NCBI RefSeq assembly: GCF_964355755.1
Contig: NC_092676.1
Coordinates: forward strand, 1,679,788 to 1,743,787
Source: Antedon mediterranea
Lineage: Eukaryota; Animalia; Echinodermata
Reading direction: 5' to 3'
DNA: 64,000 bases
Part shown: piece by piece, positions 63,176-64,000 of the stretch
Layout: every line of letters begins with the position of its first letter
Position numbering within the stretch: the first letter of the stretch is position 1
Notes under the pieces: model-generated
Databases searched by the model: none
The model's input: the letters and a program-made list of their open reading frames with translations, nothing else
What the model was told of the DNA's origin: nothing
Translations under genes and position numbers: made by a program

Positions 63176-63917
63176 TAGGTATTCATGTGTAGAACATATA
63201 GCATATAGCATAACATAGCATTTGTATAGTGCAGAACAAAAGCTCATGAAGCTTAAATTAAAACATGGAGGTATAAAATTAGAATAATTAAATTTTATAC
63301 CTCCATGATTGAAGGGTTATTTTTTCAATGAACTCCAAGTGCAAACAAGTTTTTAATTCATCTTGTACATGTCATAATATTACTGTATTTCATATATTTC
63401 TTTGCAATTGTAGTAGTGCATTAAAATATTACTGTTGAAAATGAATTAATTTACCTATATCAGTATCTGTCATTGGTTTACCATACTTTCTCTCATGGCA
63501 AAATTTTCCTGTAAAAAAATAAAAAAAAAAAAAAAATTTAATTTAGTACTGGACATTGACACTGGTTACAGCCGACACTTAACACTAAAAAGTAAGAAAA
63601 CAAAAGTTAGTAAATCACAGATAATGATTATCTCGTTAAACTGTATGGGGTTTCAGGAAAATTAACTGTGCACAGAATTATTTTACAATGCTTTTTATAG
63701 TTAGCTTACACAAAATCTAGACTTCCTTTTGGCATAAATTATTATCCAATATTTCCGTATACAACAATATTCAACAATATTCTTCCTTGTTAAACCTATG
63801 CTTCCTTATATTATTAAAACACACTAAATGCAAACAGCACTTCAGTCTTTGAGCAAATTAGCAATTTAGATAATTGGATTTAACCAAACTGCATCAATAC
63901 ACAGAGGTTTTTTAAAG

Positions 63918-64000
63918 ATGACCCTAAAATTCATTTTGGTAGTGAACTGCTTGTTGATATTCAGACATGGAGGAGCTTCAAGAAGTTTAGTAATAATTAG
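63918..64000 (+). CDS. Receptor copy 13, 5' end only (runs off the window)
   Basis: MTLKFILVVNCLLIFRHGGASRSLVII matches the family signal peptide; not listed in the ORF track. Confidence 0.85.
   Translation, partial: MTLKFILVVNCLLIFRHGGASRSLVII

Noticed and set aside
20130-64000. Array as an endogenous virus segment
   Set aside because: No viral core genes, long TE-filled spacers; kept only as a possible remote origin

Overview
AT-rich animal (probably marine invertebrate) genomic DNA in two halves. (1) 1-19529 looks like one large non-autonomous EnSpm/CACTA-type DNA transposon: AACGT-rich repeat arrays at both ends, a right terminus ...GCTAGCTGGG, and a left terminus presumably upstream of the window. 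It carries a spliced DUF4806-type gene whose last intron holds an apparently intact Sola2-like transposase element, plus foldback inverted repeats and two minimal hammerhead ribozymes. (2) 19530-64000 is a head-to-tail array of at least 13 copies of one uninterrupted-ORF gene family: 6 intact, 6 disrupted, 1 cut by the window edge. The proteins are type I membrane proteins with a signal peptide, three Ig-like domains, a Thr-rich stalk of variable length, one TM helix and a tail carrying different sets of tyrosine motifs (SxYxxV ITIM-like, EPIYxxI, ITAM-like spacing). Copies are mosaics of one another and are being reshaped by segmental duplication, a MITE, LINEs, SINEs and minisatellites. This array is the best candidate for an undescribed system: a rapidly diversifying invertebrate immune or allorecognition-type receptor cluster. 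Its function is inferred, not shown. All family assignments are from motifs recognised by eye, and some boundaries are approximate.
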